Counted from the first letter of the whole stretch, positions 37,417 through 49,608 are shown. The stretch: DNA of 53,741 nucleotides, filler included, from Sphacelaria rigidula (GCA_964200075.2; 5 parts of 5 records of this genome joined end to end with filler, not necessarily neighbours in it), one strand, 5' to 3'. Translations and numbers: made by a program. Notes: generated by a model from the sequence alone, not told the origin.

Positions 37417-37745
37417 CTTCGTCATCGTATGCCACGGCGGGGAGAAATGGAGTTGTAAAGCATCGTTCATCTCATGCGTCACATGTCGAAGGTTCATCAA
37501 CATACTGTTGCTGAGTCGCTTTCAAAATTGTACCAACTTATTTTGAAAGATACCGTGCGAAATCTGCAACAACGACGCGAATGGAGGACAAAAAAGCGCT
37601 GGTCACCCATAGTGCGCCGTCTGAACTAGGCAGAGCAGCTGCGTCAATACACGCAACGCATGCGGCACCTCCGCCAACCTCAAGAACGATGAGCCTTGTT
37701 CGTCTGTTTTACCTTCACTTGAACGATGGATTGAATGATTCATTG

Positions 37746-38279
37746 CAAGGTTGTGTTCTGTAGGATACGGGTACGTTCTGTAGGGTATGATATTCCTGAC
37801 AGAACTTACAGAACTGTCGGGTACCGGTACAGAAGTCTTACAGAAAATTACAGAACTTATCGGGTACGGTATGGGAGGCTTAACAAGACCGGTACCGGCA
37901 ACCGCGTAAGTTTTTCAGGGCATACCCACCAGTCGGGTTAGGGTAAAGTTTTTGTACATAACTCATAGAACTGTTGGGTAACGGTATAAGAGGTTTACAT
38001 AACTCACCAAAAATGTCGGGTAGGGTATGGGGGTTGCACAGGAAACCGTACCCGCAATCAGGGATCTTGTCAAGAAGCGTACCCGTGCCACTCGGTAACG
38101 GTACGGGAGTCTGACAGAGATTACAGAACTATCGGGTAAGGGTATGAAAGTCTTACGGGGATTACAGAACTTTCGGGTACCGGTATGAAACTCTCACGGA
38201 AGTCACGGAACTGTCGGGTAAATACCCGGCAAAATACCCCAGGTGTACAGAGAACCCTACCCTACAGAACACAACCTTG
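37746..38279. mobile_element. hAT-like MITE in an intron
   Basis: Perfect 19-bp TIR CAAGGTTGTGTTCTGTAGG / CCTACAGAACACAACCTTG; 8-bp flanks attcattg / attgatta; internal ACAGAACT..TCGGGTA repeats. Confidence 0.88.
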
Positions 38280-38814
38280 ATTGATTATTTGACTGTTTGA
38301 TCGACCGTTTATTGCTCCCTCCTCGTACGAGCAGATTGTCATCCAAGGGTTGCGGCCTGCAATGAACCTATAACTTTGGTTGTATATCTATCGTTGACAA
38401 CATGACTACTTGATTCTAGACTTGAGAAAGTTCTGAGAAAATTCCGACAAAAATTGTGGTTTGGGGGCAGGTGAGCGGTGAACCCAGCTCGTCCAGAACG
38501 TGTTTTTGGCGGCGGCGATTTCAGGTCTTCCAACGCACACTTTGCCTAGGGGAACCTATGCACACACCCCTTGCCCGAAGGTCTCGTGCGCCTTGGGTCG
38601 GGGTTAAGGTTAGGATTAGCGTTATTGTTACCGTGTTCGGGAAAATCAACCATAGATGTACGACCAAAACTTTAGGTTGCCTCGCGGCCTGCGCGATCGG
38701 ATTACCATCTTCAAAATCAAGAGGAAAAATTCAAAAAAAAAAAAGAGAGGACAAGCCAACAATAAGGACTACAACTTTGTCAACGATAACAAGCAACAAA
38801 CCAGAACATCTCAC

Positions 38815-39021
38815 CCTCCGTCGCGGCTCGCTTCCACCACCCCCATTTTCGTCCCAAGCCTCGCCACCCTCGCGGTCAGCATTCTCCCCGTCATCCTCTT
38901 CGGGGACCCTGTGCCCCCAACCATCGCCACTACCGTTCTCCTGGTCTGGGCGCTCACGCTTGCCCTTGGCCCGAGCTTGACGCACGGGCGCCAGCGTTGA
39001 AGGCACCACCTGGAAGTAGCC
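38815..39021 (-). CDS. Zn-ribbon OB-fold protein exon (GYFQVVP + acidic/Gly loop)
   Basis: gcaacag acceptor, AGG|gtgaga donor, 69 codons. Confidence 0.6.
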
Positions 39022-39221
39022 CTGTTGCGAGTGGAGGGTCAGGTGTCGGGATAAGATGGCGAGTAATGGGTAGAGAAGAGGGGAGGGGGAGGGCAGGGGT
39101 GAATAACGTTGAGATTGTACGGAAACACTGACTCCATTTTGCATGACGTTTGGACCGCAACACGGAAGACTTCACTATCCACAAAAATATCAAATGGAGA
39201 GACACGGAAGTCTGGCTTTAC

Positions 39222-39245
39222 CTTGAACAGCATTAATGACTTCAT
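39222..39245 (-). CDS. Zn-ribbon OB-fold protein, 24-bp micro-exon (MKSLMLFK)
   Basis: ctgtaag acceptor, AAG|gtaaag donor, phase 0-0. Confidence 0.45.
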
Positions 39246-39536
39246 CTTACAGAGCATACATACTGTGACACGTTAGACTGCTTTACCCAGGATGAAGAAG
39301 TAGAGTGGCATGAAAATTTGACTCCATCATGAAACCGCATACATACTGTGACACGAAAAAATATTATCACACTATGAACAACACCTATGGTACGGAAACT
39401 TTGAGTCGCCACCAGCATACATGGAATGAGGGTTCCACTAATGTGCGGTTGGTCGCTGGTCCCGCATGACTGCACCATGCTGGCCCTCCGCACTATACTG
39501 GTACCACCGCGATCACTTTCAAGCATAGCAAATCGA

Positions 39537-40131
39537 TAGGGCTGTGTATCGGAACCGATACATGAATTTTGTCGATACACATTGTTTCAAACAGCGAAAA
39601 ATCGGACCGATAGTTCGAGCGATAGCGTGGGGTGTACTCATGATCTTGCATGCTGTAGTCATATGACCTACAAAGCCAGGATGGAGCACGCCGAGTTTTC
39701 ACCGGACCAGGCTAGCAATCAATCATCAAGCGCGAAGCGCCGTAATGTGTTTGGCGAGTCGCATGAAGGGTGGGCTTCATCCTGCTAAGATTGATTGTCA
39801 GCCCGAAGTCTACTGATTATCTTGCACTTGGATGACAGCCTCCAATGAGTTGCTTCACTTTCTGGCATCACCACTACCAGAGACAGCCTCGGGTGACACA
39901 CTGCCTTATGGGTGCCTCTTGATAGTTTGGGAGAGGTGGTGACACAAGGTGTGAGCGACGACTTTCGATGAAAAATGAAGCTAACACGCCCCGACTTTCC
40001 CGTCTCCGGTGGCTTCCCCCTGCGCTCGTCGATCTCCCGATATATGCCGACGTGTCGAAAATAATGTGATATGGATTTCGCCGATATCCGATACATAGTG
40101 TATTGTCTATTGCTACCGATACACAGCCGTA
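39537..40131. mobile_element. hAT-like MITE with a nested family C insertion (39716-39922)
   Basis: TIR TAGGGCTGTGTATCGG / CCGATACACAGCCGTA; 8-bp flanks caaatcga / cgaatcgg. Confidence 0.8.
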
Positions 40132-40799
40132 CGAATCGGACTTGTGGCCAGTGCTTTTGACCCTGGTCCTTATACTTTTCTTCTTACCCGATGGCTTCCA
40201 CTCTGTAAGGGGGAAACAAGGAGTGACTGGACTCTAGAATACAGCTCACCGGCCTGGTCAAACAAAAAACGCAAACTTGGGTTAAAAACTGGCCCAACAT
40301 ATCTTCACGCAAGGCTGTCCGAGACACCTCCACCTCTAGCAAAAAAAACGACTGTGGTTCGATCGCACCAACGTTTCCCCCCGAGCTGCCATGTGAATCG
40401 TATTTTTGCACGGAGCCACACGTTTGATTTTATCGGCTTGTATATCTATTCGAAGCCGACGCTTGACGCTAAGCACGAAAACACTGACAATCGGGGGTCC
40501 TCATGCTTCACATCTCCCAGCGGTTGGCCAACGCTTCCGACCGCGGGTTCTCGAGAGGGCAAAACACACGCCACGGTCGGATTGGAGTCAAGCTTCGGAG
40601 AACGCTGCGCCCCGGTGTTTTTTTTTTCTTGTCGCACTTTGAACCCCTCCCTTTTCCCGGGATGAGTTCGTCGTCTCAAAGAATCAACCCCTCCCCCTCC
40701 CATGGTATACGCCTTGCATGTTGGTTTTGCGGATTGGGTCAGCACTCCCGCACCGCGTCAACTCACGTCAAATGAATTCAGACGACTACTTTGTGTACT

Positions 40800-40921
40800 C
40801 ACTTTCTCGCGCTTTCCACGGTAGAAATCAGACATTGCGAAAAAAAAACAACGCATCGGGAATCAAACCCCCGTTCTCTCGACCCTAATGGCGACAGTCG
40901 GACCATTACACCACAGGGGCG
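40800..40921 (-). mobile_element. tRNA(Pro)-like SINE head or tRNA pseudogene
   Basis: Reverse complement GCCCCTGTGGTGTAATGGT...TCGCCATTAGGGTCGAGAGAACGGGGGTTTGATTCCC: A box, AGG-like anticodon context and degenerate B box; acceptor stem does not close. Confidence 0.5.
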
Positions 40922-41719
40922 CAGCAGCAATAGGGTTAAGGTTAGGGTTTAGGGTGGTCTAAATTGAAGTGGTACGCCGGCTGGGGAGGACCGTCGATTG
41001 TCGACGGACACGCTTCTCTTCCAGAAGAATCTGGCTTTTGTCGTTGAAAACGCGGGGACTTGGCTAGCAAACGAAAGATTCGGCGAGAGAGAGAGAGAGA
41101 GAGTCGACAGGGTGCGGGAGGTTGTCATAATCCAATCCTCGACAACAAAATGTCAAGCAGGTCCCGTGACGGGGGGAAGATGGGCTGGTTGATCCATTTT
41201 AGACCATGGACGGACTCGTCCCGAGGGAGGGCAGGGGTTGACAGCATTGACGAAAAAGCAAAAAAGAGCCCAGAAAAGCCCAGGGGGATCTTGTGAGCAA
41301 ATGGTTGGATGAGTAGTCAATAACAGTTCATGCGCACCACTCCACCAACCGCTCTTTATATCTCAACATGGCGGGGTGACGGAGGTTGGGCAGAAAGGCT
41401 TTCAATTCGACGCCAATGAATGAAACACGCTGTGGAAGAAAGGTGTGCGTGAAGGATTCCTCAAATGTGACCCTTCTCGTCCCATGTCCTTCTCATTTCT
41501 TTTTCATCAGCCCTCGGAGTATTTTTGCGCAAATATGATCAAACACGCGGTTCCAAGCGCTTTGGTTCGTCATTTGCACCAATCTACCCAGCTACTCGAA
41601 GCCAGGCACGGATTGTTCCAGCACATACCGAGATAGCGAAAGGTTGAAAATTGCTGCCTCCCTCCCCTCTCTCCCCCCCCCAAGCCACAATCGAGCTGGG
41701 AAAACGGGCTATGGGTTAA

Positions 41720-41821
41720 CCCTTACACCGCGGTGCGTGTAATCCATCTGGATCACGCATACTTTTTTCGAGTGAAAATTGATGCCGATTCAGCAGGTGA
41801 CCTACCCTCGCGGTCTAAGGG
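41720..41821. mobile_element. Minimal piggyBac-like MITE (102 bp)
   Basis: TTAA|CCCTTACACCGCG ... CGCGGTCTAAGGG|TTAA. Confidence 0.8.
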
Positions 41822-42484
41822 TTAAGCTCTTCGACCGCACGAGAGTAACGTATATACAGGAGGGGGTTCCATTGATGATCGATACATATACACACCCTGT
41901 CTTGTATACACACAGGTATATTTTCAACAATTGATTAATATAAATGGTGCCATACTGTATTTAATTTAATTTCGTCTGTCTTTTTGTTTCTTTCTCGTCT
42001 CGTATCACAAGTATGGATCGCATTCGAGCTTCAGCGGGTTCAAAAAACTTGATAAAAATAAATAGGAGCGGGGGGTGGGGGAGGAGAGGAGTGGGGGAGA
42101 ACACCGGAAATCAAGCGACACGCGTCGAGACAATGTGTCGAGCTTCCACTCTGTGTTTCGAGGTCGTGCCCTGAACTGACCGACACGGGGCGGGACAATG
42201 GCTCCAGCCGCGAGGTAACTGACCGCTCCGCCGCTTTGCGTCAGCCGACACTGACACCACAGTTCCACGACACACGTAGCATGGCACATTTAGTGCGGGG
42301 CAATACGTGCGGGTAGATGCGGTGGAACATGAGAGTACTTCGTGATATCACACAACACAACACTTTCACCGATCGACGTTTTCTTGACTCGTACACGTCA
42401 CTCCCATCCTATGCTCAAGTATGTCCCAAACAACAAGGTTGACATGATTCCGGTTATCCGCGATACTCGAACAGACAAACGCAC

Positions 42485-42580
42485 CTGGCCGTTACATGTA
42501 GGACAGCACAGCTTTCCCCGCAACAGGCTGAGCGTTCGCGGTATGTCCCCTGCTCCTCCGCACTTGACACACGCCGCCAC
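42485..42580 (-). CDS. Zn-ribbon OB-fold protein, C4 zinc-ribbon exon (VAACVKCGG...CPTCNGQ)
   Basis: Strong T-rich tcag acceptor, CAG|gtgcgt donor; CxxC...CxxC. Confidence 0.7.
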
Positions 42581-42826
42581 CTGACACAAAAAAAACAGTT
42601 GGATTACATCATACCGATATAATTGGATGAACCCATTCGGAACAGTTTTTTCCCACTTTGTATATTTCCCAAGTAACCTCACCAAGCCCCTGGAATATGA
42701 CCTACGACAACGCAGAGATGCTAAATGGGCAGCAAAAATGGTGGCGATAAGACAACAGTATCGTACTTATCACTACAAATAATCATCATCACCATTACGG
42801 GTCATAATTATCATCAACATAATTAG

Positions 42827-42975
42827 CCGGTCGCCCCGGTGGCTCAGTTGGAAACCGAAGAAAACTTCGGAACCTTCTGACGGTTGGGTCGTGGGTTCAA
42901 TTCTCGGAGCGATCTTGGATTTTTTCTCACACCATGCCCAACAGTGGAGAGCGAATATGCCGTGGGGACACGAAA
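42827..42975 (+). mobile_element. tRNA-derived SINE family 1 (cut by contig end)
   Basis: CCGGTCGCCCCGGTGGCTCAGTTGG...GGGTTCAATTC. Confidence 0.85.
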
Positions 42976-43075
42976 NNNNNNNNNNNNNNNNNNNNNNNNN
43001 NNNNNNNNNNNNNNNNNNNTTAATTAATTAANNNNNNNNNNNNNNNNNNNNNNNNNNNNNNNNNNNNNNNNNNNN
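42976..43075. other. Artificial contig linker
   Basis: N44-TTAATTAATTAA-N44. Confidence 0.98.
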
Positions 43076-43077
43076 TA

Positions 43078-43458
43078 TCCCTTGGGCGACCCGCTGGCTT
43101 GGGTACGCCGCCTCATCAGCCTATCGACCTCAAGCAGCTGGGTGCAAACGGTAAAGTCCTCGTAATCGACTGCAACACCAACAGCCTCTACGTTGGTGTT
43201 GACCCTAGCCGCAACAACGGCGACGGCGGCGACGGCGACGACGGCAACAACAACGACAACAACGACAACGACAACAAGGACAGAGGCGAGGAGAAGGCTC
43301 TCGTGCGCTGGGAATGGCCGTGGCAGAGGCGTGAGCAGTGTGTCTGCACGCCTGACGACTCCGATCACGGACGAGGGCAAGGACAAGGACAAGATGAGCA
43401 GCAGACGGGCGTAGCTGACGAAAGCCGAGCGGTGGTTGTTTACCGTCACCCTCGATAG
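43078..43458 (+). CDS. Candidate exon of an unknown protein (Asn/Asp/Gly-rich insert), 5' end cut by the contig start
   Basis: Open from the contig start, coding-like GC3 bias, AAC/GAC triplet repeats; no recognisable domain. Confidence 0.35.
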   Translation, partial: SLGRPAGLGTPPHQPIDLKQLGANGKVLVIDCNTNSLYVGVDPSRNNGDGGDGDDGNNNDNNDNDNKDRGEEKALVRWEWPWQRREQCVCTPDDSDHGRGQGQGQDEQQTGVADESRAVVVYRHPR

Positions 43459-43856
43459 ACCCTCGCCACGTATGGCAACCAGTATGCATGGCCCAGTGCC
43501 AACCGCTTGGTACAGCGGTCGTGGATGCTTCGCCCCCGCCGTCCATTCGGCAGGACTTGGCTTATATGTTTGTGATTGGTATAGTCGTGCTTGTGACATG
43601 TACGCTTTTATGGTGGAAGAGGCGATTGGACCGGCGGCAGACGGAGGCTCCAGGCGAGAAGGAAGTGCGTCCGTTTCTGTCTCAAGGCCAGAGCCCCCTG
43701 GCTCCTCTATCACGAGGCAAGTATAACCCGAAAAGCTGTCTTATAGTTGCCGAGTTTCGGGCTGCCTCAAATATGGATAAGCACGAAGCACTAATTGCTT
43801 CAAGGGGAAAAGAGGAAAAGAGGAAAAGAGGAAATCGAAGCACGCGCTACTATCAA

Positions 43857-44137
43857 GGCCCATCATTATGGACACTGCTTTTCCGCAGATCTCCGAAATT
43901 GTCGGGTTTGCCAAAGTACCTGATGGTTCTCGAATGCTTGAGACCGCCACAGCGTTCTCACACAGCAGCTGTCCGAAATGCTGCGTTGCAGACCGGATTT
44001 TTCCGACTTGTCCAAAAGTGAATCTTCGGAGGAAAAATCACGCCGCTTCATTCTCGGAAAAGTCGGAACGCAGAGTCCGGAAACTCTGTAAACAATTCTG
44101 ACATCTCTGACAAAAACAGTGCCGATTATAATGGGCC
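43857..44137. mobile_element. PIF/Harbinger (Tourist)-like MITE
   Basis: TIR GGCCCATCATTATGGACACTG / CAGTGCCGATTATAATGGGCC; 3-bp TSD CAA on both sides. Confidence 0.7.
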
Positions 44138-46474
44138 CAATAGTAAAATGTGAGTTCCCAATGCTTCAAACCTGGTCTTGTACCCTACGGTTGGTGTTCG
44201 AGATCGATTCACAGTAAAGACGGGGGATATGACTTGTTGCTCGGAACGAGTAGTCTCGTGAGCGTGACGTGCAACCACCCGCTTCTGTGCGTACTTTTTC
44301 GCGGCACGGTGTAACGCGCCGCCGAGCTATCGTGAATATCGACATCAAGACCGTGCCGATTACACGTTACTCTCCGCCTCAGGCCAAGGCTCACAATGGC
44401 TTCTTCGGCAGCCGTCCGATCGAAGCATTCCCTCTCACCCACGTTGGGGATAGGTCGGTCGTGAAATGTGTCTCCACGCTCACTATACACTATAATATAG
44501 GCTTGCACTGGTATCGAGGCGATACGGCGATTTTTCGAGAATATGCGCGTGTCGTGGTCGGGCAGCACCGATACGTCTTTCGAATTTCGACCTGTTTTTC
44601 AGAAGTACGAGGGACCGCCAGGATGCTTGACCCCCCATAGCATCGTTCCACTAACTCCAGCACAAGATAAATATGCTGACGCCAAGTTAACATCCCCTAC
44701 CATGTACCGTTTGGTTGTCATGCCTTAACAACACAGGAGCTTCATTCTCCCGCGAGTGGGATGGTGAGCCGAGCGATGGAATCGGGCAGCGCGCTGAACG
44801 GAGTTGGTCGGACTGCGGAAGGAGCGCGTCCGCCGCCGTTCGCTTCCAGGAGGTACCCTCTCCACGAGCAAGAGCCGGAGAAGAGAGAGTGAGTATCAGC
44901 GATTCAATTGCGAGGTTCAGACCTTGCGCATGCATACGCAAAAACAATTCGACAGCATCATACCGTGCAGTGAACGCGATCACCAGAATTCCCACCTCAC
45001 AAGCAGCGCGTGCGTTGTGCGTGTTGTTTCCTCGGCCACGTGAGTCCTGAAGCGGCACTGATATCCTGTAACTGGGTGACTCAGAGTCCTCTCAGCCGTT
45101 TGCTTTGAGTGATACACAAGGCTTGTGCCAACGAGGGCCGAGCCTTTTGTAAAAGTAGGGCGACGCGTGCACTGCGCCCAGTTGATCCGGGGTTTCAGTG
45201 GGCTCAGCCCCGACACTACCTCGGGCGAGGCTTTCCGAAAACTCGAGGTGCCTACTCTACATAACTGCCACGCATGCGGTGGTCTCGCCGAACCTCCGGC
45301 TAGTCGGCCCACGAACCGTTTCGCGGGGTCGAGTATTGGGTGAGGTTTCATTCTTCCTTCAAGGTGAAAAACAAGGCTTTTGAACAAGGGAGTGGCCTTC
45401 TCCGGGTGACAGAGTCGAGCATGTGCACGCCAGCAAGCTTGAGCCATTGTCCAGAACAAAAGGCAGACATAGTGTATACCGTAAATTCTATCCTCATTCT
45501 ATCCATATGTGAGACTCGCTCGGCAAGAGGATTTGCCGCGAAAGTCACCTCGCACTTGCTCGCCCCATTGTGCCATTGTGATGGTTATTCATATGTAGCC
45601 TTCGAGCTCTGTGATGTCGCCACGCGACGTGATAGGCGCGCAGAACACCAACCCTTCAGCAAGCTCGTCTTACCAATCATAAAGGAGCTCGTCCGAGTGT
45701 GGTCGTTGGCCGATATTACCCACGCCATCGGGAGACACTATTACCGTTAGAAAACTCGTGCCATTTGATGGCGCTGTACGTTATCCATCCTCATCCATCG
45801 TCAAGCGGACATTGGTTGCTAGCCTACAACGGTTTGTGGGACAAATCGTTGTTTTGGGTACGAACAGCAGCTCCAAATCACTTGTCCTGACCCGGACCTA
45901 CCAGGGGGCAAGCCAGTGCACAGCATCACCGCACGAACGACCAGAATCGGCTAAAAACAACGAGTTTTACAACGAATTCTCCAGTCATGTAGGAAGGATC
46001 TATATCTTTGGTCGAAAGGGAAGCTTTTCCACCGTCTCTCCAGCCAATGTTAAAACAAGCATACGACGGCGTTTGCCGTTTCGTTTCGCTCCCTTTTGTT
46101 TTTGTACGGCCTCGCTTCATAGAACCATGCGGAAGGGGCCTGCAGTTTATTCCCCCGGCATTGTTGTGGAACCGCTATTATTCTATGAGTAGTTGTCAGC
46201 AGCCGGATGTTTTTTTTTCTCTTCTCTTTTGTTCTGTTGTGTTCCGTTTGAGCTCTACGGTTCCCCCTCTTTGCTCTCTTTCTCGTTGCCATTTCCCCAT
46301 TTCCCCACTTGTCGAGCTTCCTATAGCAGGTGTTCACGTCTATTCACCCTGGGCACGTCTGTCGTGTGACCACAGCTGGATTCATAGTAGATCAGTTAAT
46401 GTTGATGTGCGACAGTCAGTCAGCGAGCAATCTTTTTTAGTCTATCAGTATATCAAGGTACAAGTGGAGTTAAC

Positions 46475-46549
46475 GGGGGGGGGGAAATCTCATTGTTGCT
46501 TGCCTCAGTCCTTTGACCATTGACCACGCATCCCTTTCGGGACGGAGCA
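46475..46549 (-). mobile_element. Family A copy (oligo-C end, read as a G-run on +)
   Basis: Reverse complement of 212-301 and 4372-4441. Confidence 0.75.
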
Positions 46550-46717
46550 AAACGGGGGCGAGACGAATGTGCGCGAATAACCGCGACAGAAATTATCGTT
46601 CCGGCGTGAAGTTACGTCTATTATTCGATATACATATATACAGTCTGAGAAAGATTCGGAAACATGTTCCACACAGTGCTTCCACCCAATTGTGGGGTCC
46701 ATGGAACGTTAATAACG

Positions 46718-46945
46718 CCGGGCGCCCAGGTGGTTCAGTGAGTAACCTCGTGACGTTCTGACGGTTGGATCGTGGGTTCGAATCTCGGTGCAGTCACATG
46801 ATGTGGGCTTTTCTCCACACCATGCCCAACAATGGAGAGCGACAATGTCGTGGGTATACAAAACTCGACTTTACGGTCGACGAGGGAAGCGGACTGCTAA
46901 GCCTCGCGATAAAAAGTAAGGCAAGCGCCGCAGAAGGAAGGCGAA
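46718..46945 (+). mobile_element. tRNA-derived SINE family 1 (near full length)
   Basis: A box TGGTTCAGTGAG, B box GGTTCGAATC; 3' body matches the 27542-27800 copy. Confidence 0.85.
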
Positions 46946-47223
46946 GCACTAAAACAAGATAAAAACGAAAAAGCCCCTGCGTTGGCTCTCCTCCTGTGTG
47001 TCCCCGGCTGATGCACCCACATATACCGGAAGATGTAGACTTGCGTGCAGAATAGATGGGGTGACAACGGATAGAACAAGCTACAGCACAAGCTAGCGAT
47101 GGGTTTGTGTCGCTGCCGCTATTCCGTTAGCCCTTTTCCTCCCTCGGGATGAGTCCGTGGTCTCAAGGGATCAACCCGCCTCTCCCCCGATACTGCACAA
47201 CCCTTTTTTGTTTTTGTTTCGAG

Positions 47224-47487
47224 GACTGGATCATGACCATGAGCCCTTCCGCACGGCGTCGACTCTGGTCAAATACAGACTTTGTGCTTCTCATATCCTC
47301 ACGCTTCAGAGACAGGAACAAGATCGCAGACAAGAAAGGCTCAACTCGTATTTCCCGGTATTCGATCCCGCAATATTCTGCCTTAGCTTGCTGGTTTCAG
47401 GCGTGTCGTTTCAATTTGGACCACTGGGGCGCGGCTGATATTCACACCAGAAATCTGCGACAGCCCTTTTCTTGGGTCATATTGTGC
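47224..47487 (+). CDS. Protein kinase gene, candidate N-terminal exon (5' boundary uncertain)
   Basis: Open frame after a T-rich tract; TGC|gtatga donor in phase with 47717. Confidence 0.45.
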
Positions 47488-47716
47488 GTATGAGCAGGGC
47501 ATGAGCACACATTCAGCTATTATCTCAGCAACCACTGGCACCTCGCGCTCGTTGTTGTTGTTGTTGTTGCATGTGTCCCCTTCATCTACGCCACACTCCT
47601 CTGCGACAACACTTTCAAAGCCTGCCAATTGGCCTCGCAATTGGAAAGCAAAATATCGTCGCCATTCTCTCACAACCGTGTCCCACCCCGGCCTTTCACG
47701 TGTCGAGATACCACAG

Positions 47717-47890
47717 AACCTGCCGGAACGGGAGCGGACAAGGCTGGCCTCTGGCACGTTCCTTTTCTGCACGCACACCTGGGAAAGACTGAAGGGCGAG
47801 GGCGTGCAATTTTTGGCCGACGCCGCAAAGCTAGGAGATGACGTTGAGGTAGAAGAGTCATGGGTGCTGGAACTTGGTGGCAGGGCGCAG
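47717..47890 (+). CDS. Protein kinase gene, exon preceding the kinase domain
   Basis: ccacag acceptor, CAG|gtatgc donor, 58 codons. Confidence 0.7.
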
Positions 47891-48786
47891 GTATGCACAG
47901 CAGAGATCAAGGCCACACAGTATCGTTTCATGACATACTGAGCGGAGCAAAAATCGCATATATTTTTCACTAGTATATTTTCTGTAGCAGACTTTTACAT
48001 GTTCAGGAGTACGTTCGCCATAGTTCGTGCCTATTACGGAAAACTGTCGCTTTAACTGTTTGAGTTAACTTTGTCAGCGAATGAGGGCGTATATGCACCG
48101 CATGGCCAGGATGATGATAGCACAACAACTAGCACGCAATAATGCGCAGTTGGGCTCGAGTTATTCCCGACTGTCTCCTGCTTCAGCATGCAGCTGTCAC
48201 AGTCAAGTGCCCCCAACTTTTGATCGAGCTATGCACGCGACAAGCGCAATATTTGAATCATCGGAGACAATCGGTCCAAACCTTCCCGGCAGCATTAAGT
48301 GGCTTCATGCATTCATTTGGGTAGGCATCTAGCAACCAAATGAAGAGCACGTAGCCATTTTGTTTGTGATCGTTGTTGTTCATGACTTGTGAATACGAGA
48401 AGAACGAAGCACAAGCCTCGCGAGCTTTGGGGGCTGTCCATTCCACCTTGGCGAGAGAATCGTATGTAATTCGGACGCTTGGTTTCATGTACTGTACGTA
48501 TACATTGAGCACTAGATCTATCCTCGGCGCAGCTATTTCCTTTCGTATGTGTTGTTTACATGCTATGTACTGAAATTCATGTTGAGCGCATTCATTTTTT
48601 GCCTACTCGTTTTTGCTTGCTTCGTGTTTTGTGCTCGTTTGCTTTCAAGATATTCTGCAACTGGAGAATAACTCATGCCCTCTGTGATCAGAGTCGATCT
48701 CAAAAGTACAGCACCGAAACATACTTCGTCCACCGTCCATCCTTTCGCCTTCGCCCGACATTTGCTGAATGATGACGTGCGCACAG

Positions 48787-48879
48787 TTCACCCCGATGAT
48801 GTACGTCGATGCCACAAAGGACGCAAAGGTTCTTCGGCTGACGGAGAACAAGGGGTTGCTCGTCAAGCAACTTAGAGAT
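48787..48879 (+). CDS. Protein kinase exon, subdomains I-II
   Basis: FTPMMYVDATKDAKVLRLTENKGLLVKQLRD; cacag acceptor and gtaggc donor; Lys in LLVK. Confidence 0.7.
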
Positions 48880-49608
48880 GTAGGCAGAATATGTGTACGT
48901 TTTAGCTTAAGGGTAAGGGTTCCTGGCCAAGCTCTTTGTACATGGCCGCAATTTCCAACTCTTCTCCTGCGGTGCGATAAGTCTGACTGGTTCATAGGCG
49001 TTCCAGAACTCGGCGTGGGGTTTAGTTTCCCTTTTGTCTTCCGCTGCTTCGTCCCACATTTTTGTTTATTCTGGATACTACACCCTCGTGTCGTCAGAGG
49101 GCGCTTGTCGACAAAGACAGACCGACAAACAGTTTTACCGGTATCCTTCGGGTATACCCTAGAGCGGAAATCACTAGTATATCACAATAGACCTAGAGGA
49201 CAAGAGGATTGGGGCTAGGGAATGTTCAATATTCATGCGGTTGTGTTTGATTATGCTGGTCTTTGCTTTTACGTCTTGCGCTGTCGGACCCCCATCCAGA
49301 CCTCCCCGGTTCAATCTTCCCCGCACTCTGTCCTTCCGGCCCGTACACTTTAGACCCGGTGGACGTAAAGCTTTTATTTTCAGCTTCGGATATGAAACTC
49401 AACTTGTACATGGTATAGGAAAGTGGATTACACGAGTGACGAGGAGATCTCGATGGTCACATACATACGGTAGTTGCCGGACGTTCGAGAAGTAGTCCAA
49501 ACGTGCACAGTCACCAGTTGGCTATGGCATCGCCTGCCTGTGTCTGACATTCGTGCCCGGTGCCACGTCGCCCTCGCCGTGTTGCACTGCCGTTGAAAAC
49601 CTCACCAG

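Noticed and set aside
42833..42912. Functional tRNA genes in SINE family 1 copies
   Set aside because: The acceptor and D stems do not close, copies are divergent, and all continue into a shared non-tRNA body
44200..45950. Overlapping 100-160 aa ORFs on both strands
   Set aside because: No consistent frame or motif; possibly old TE coding debris, but it cannot be assigned
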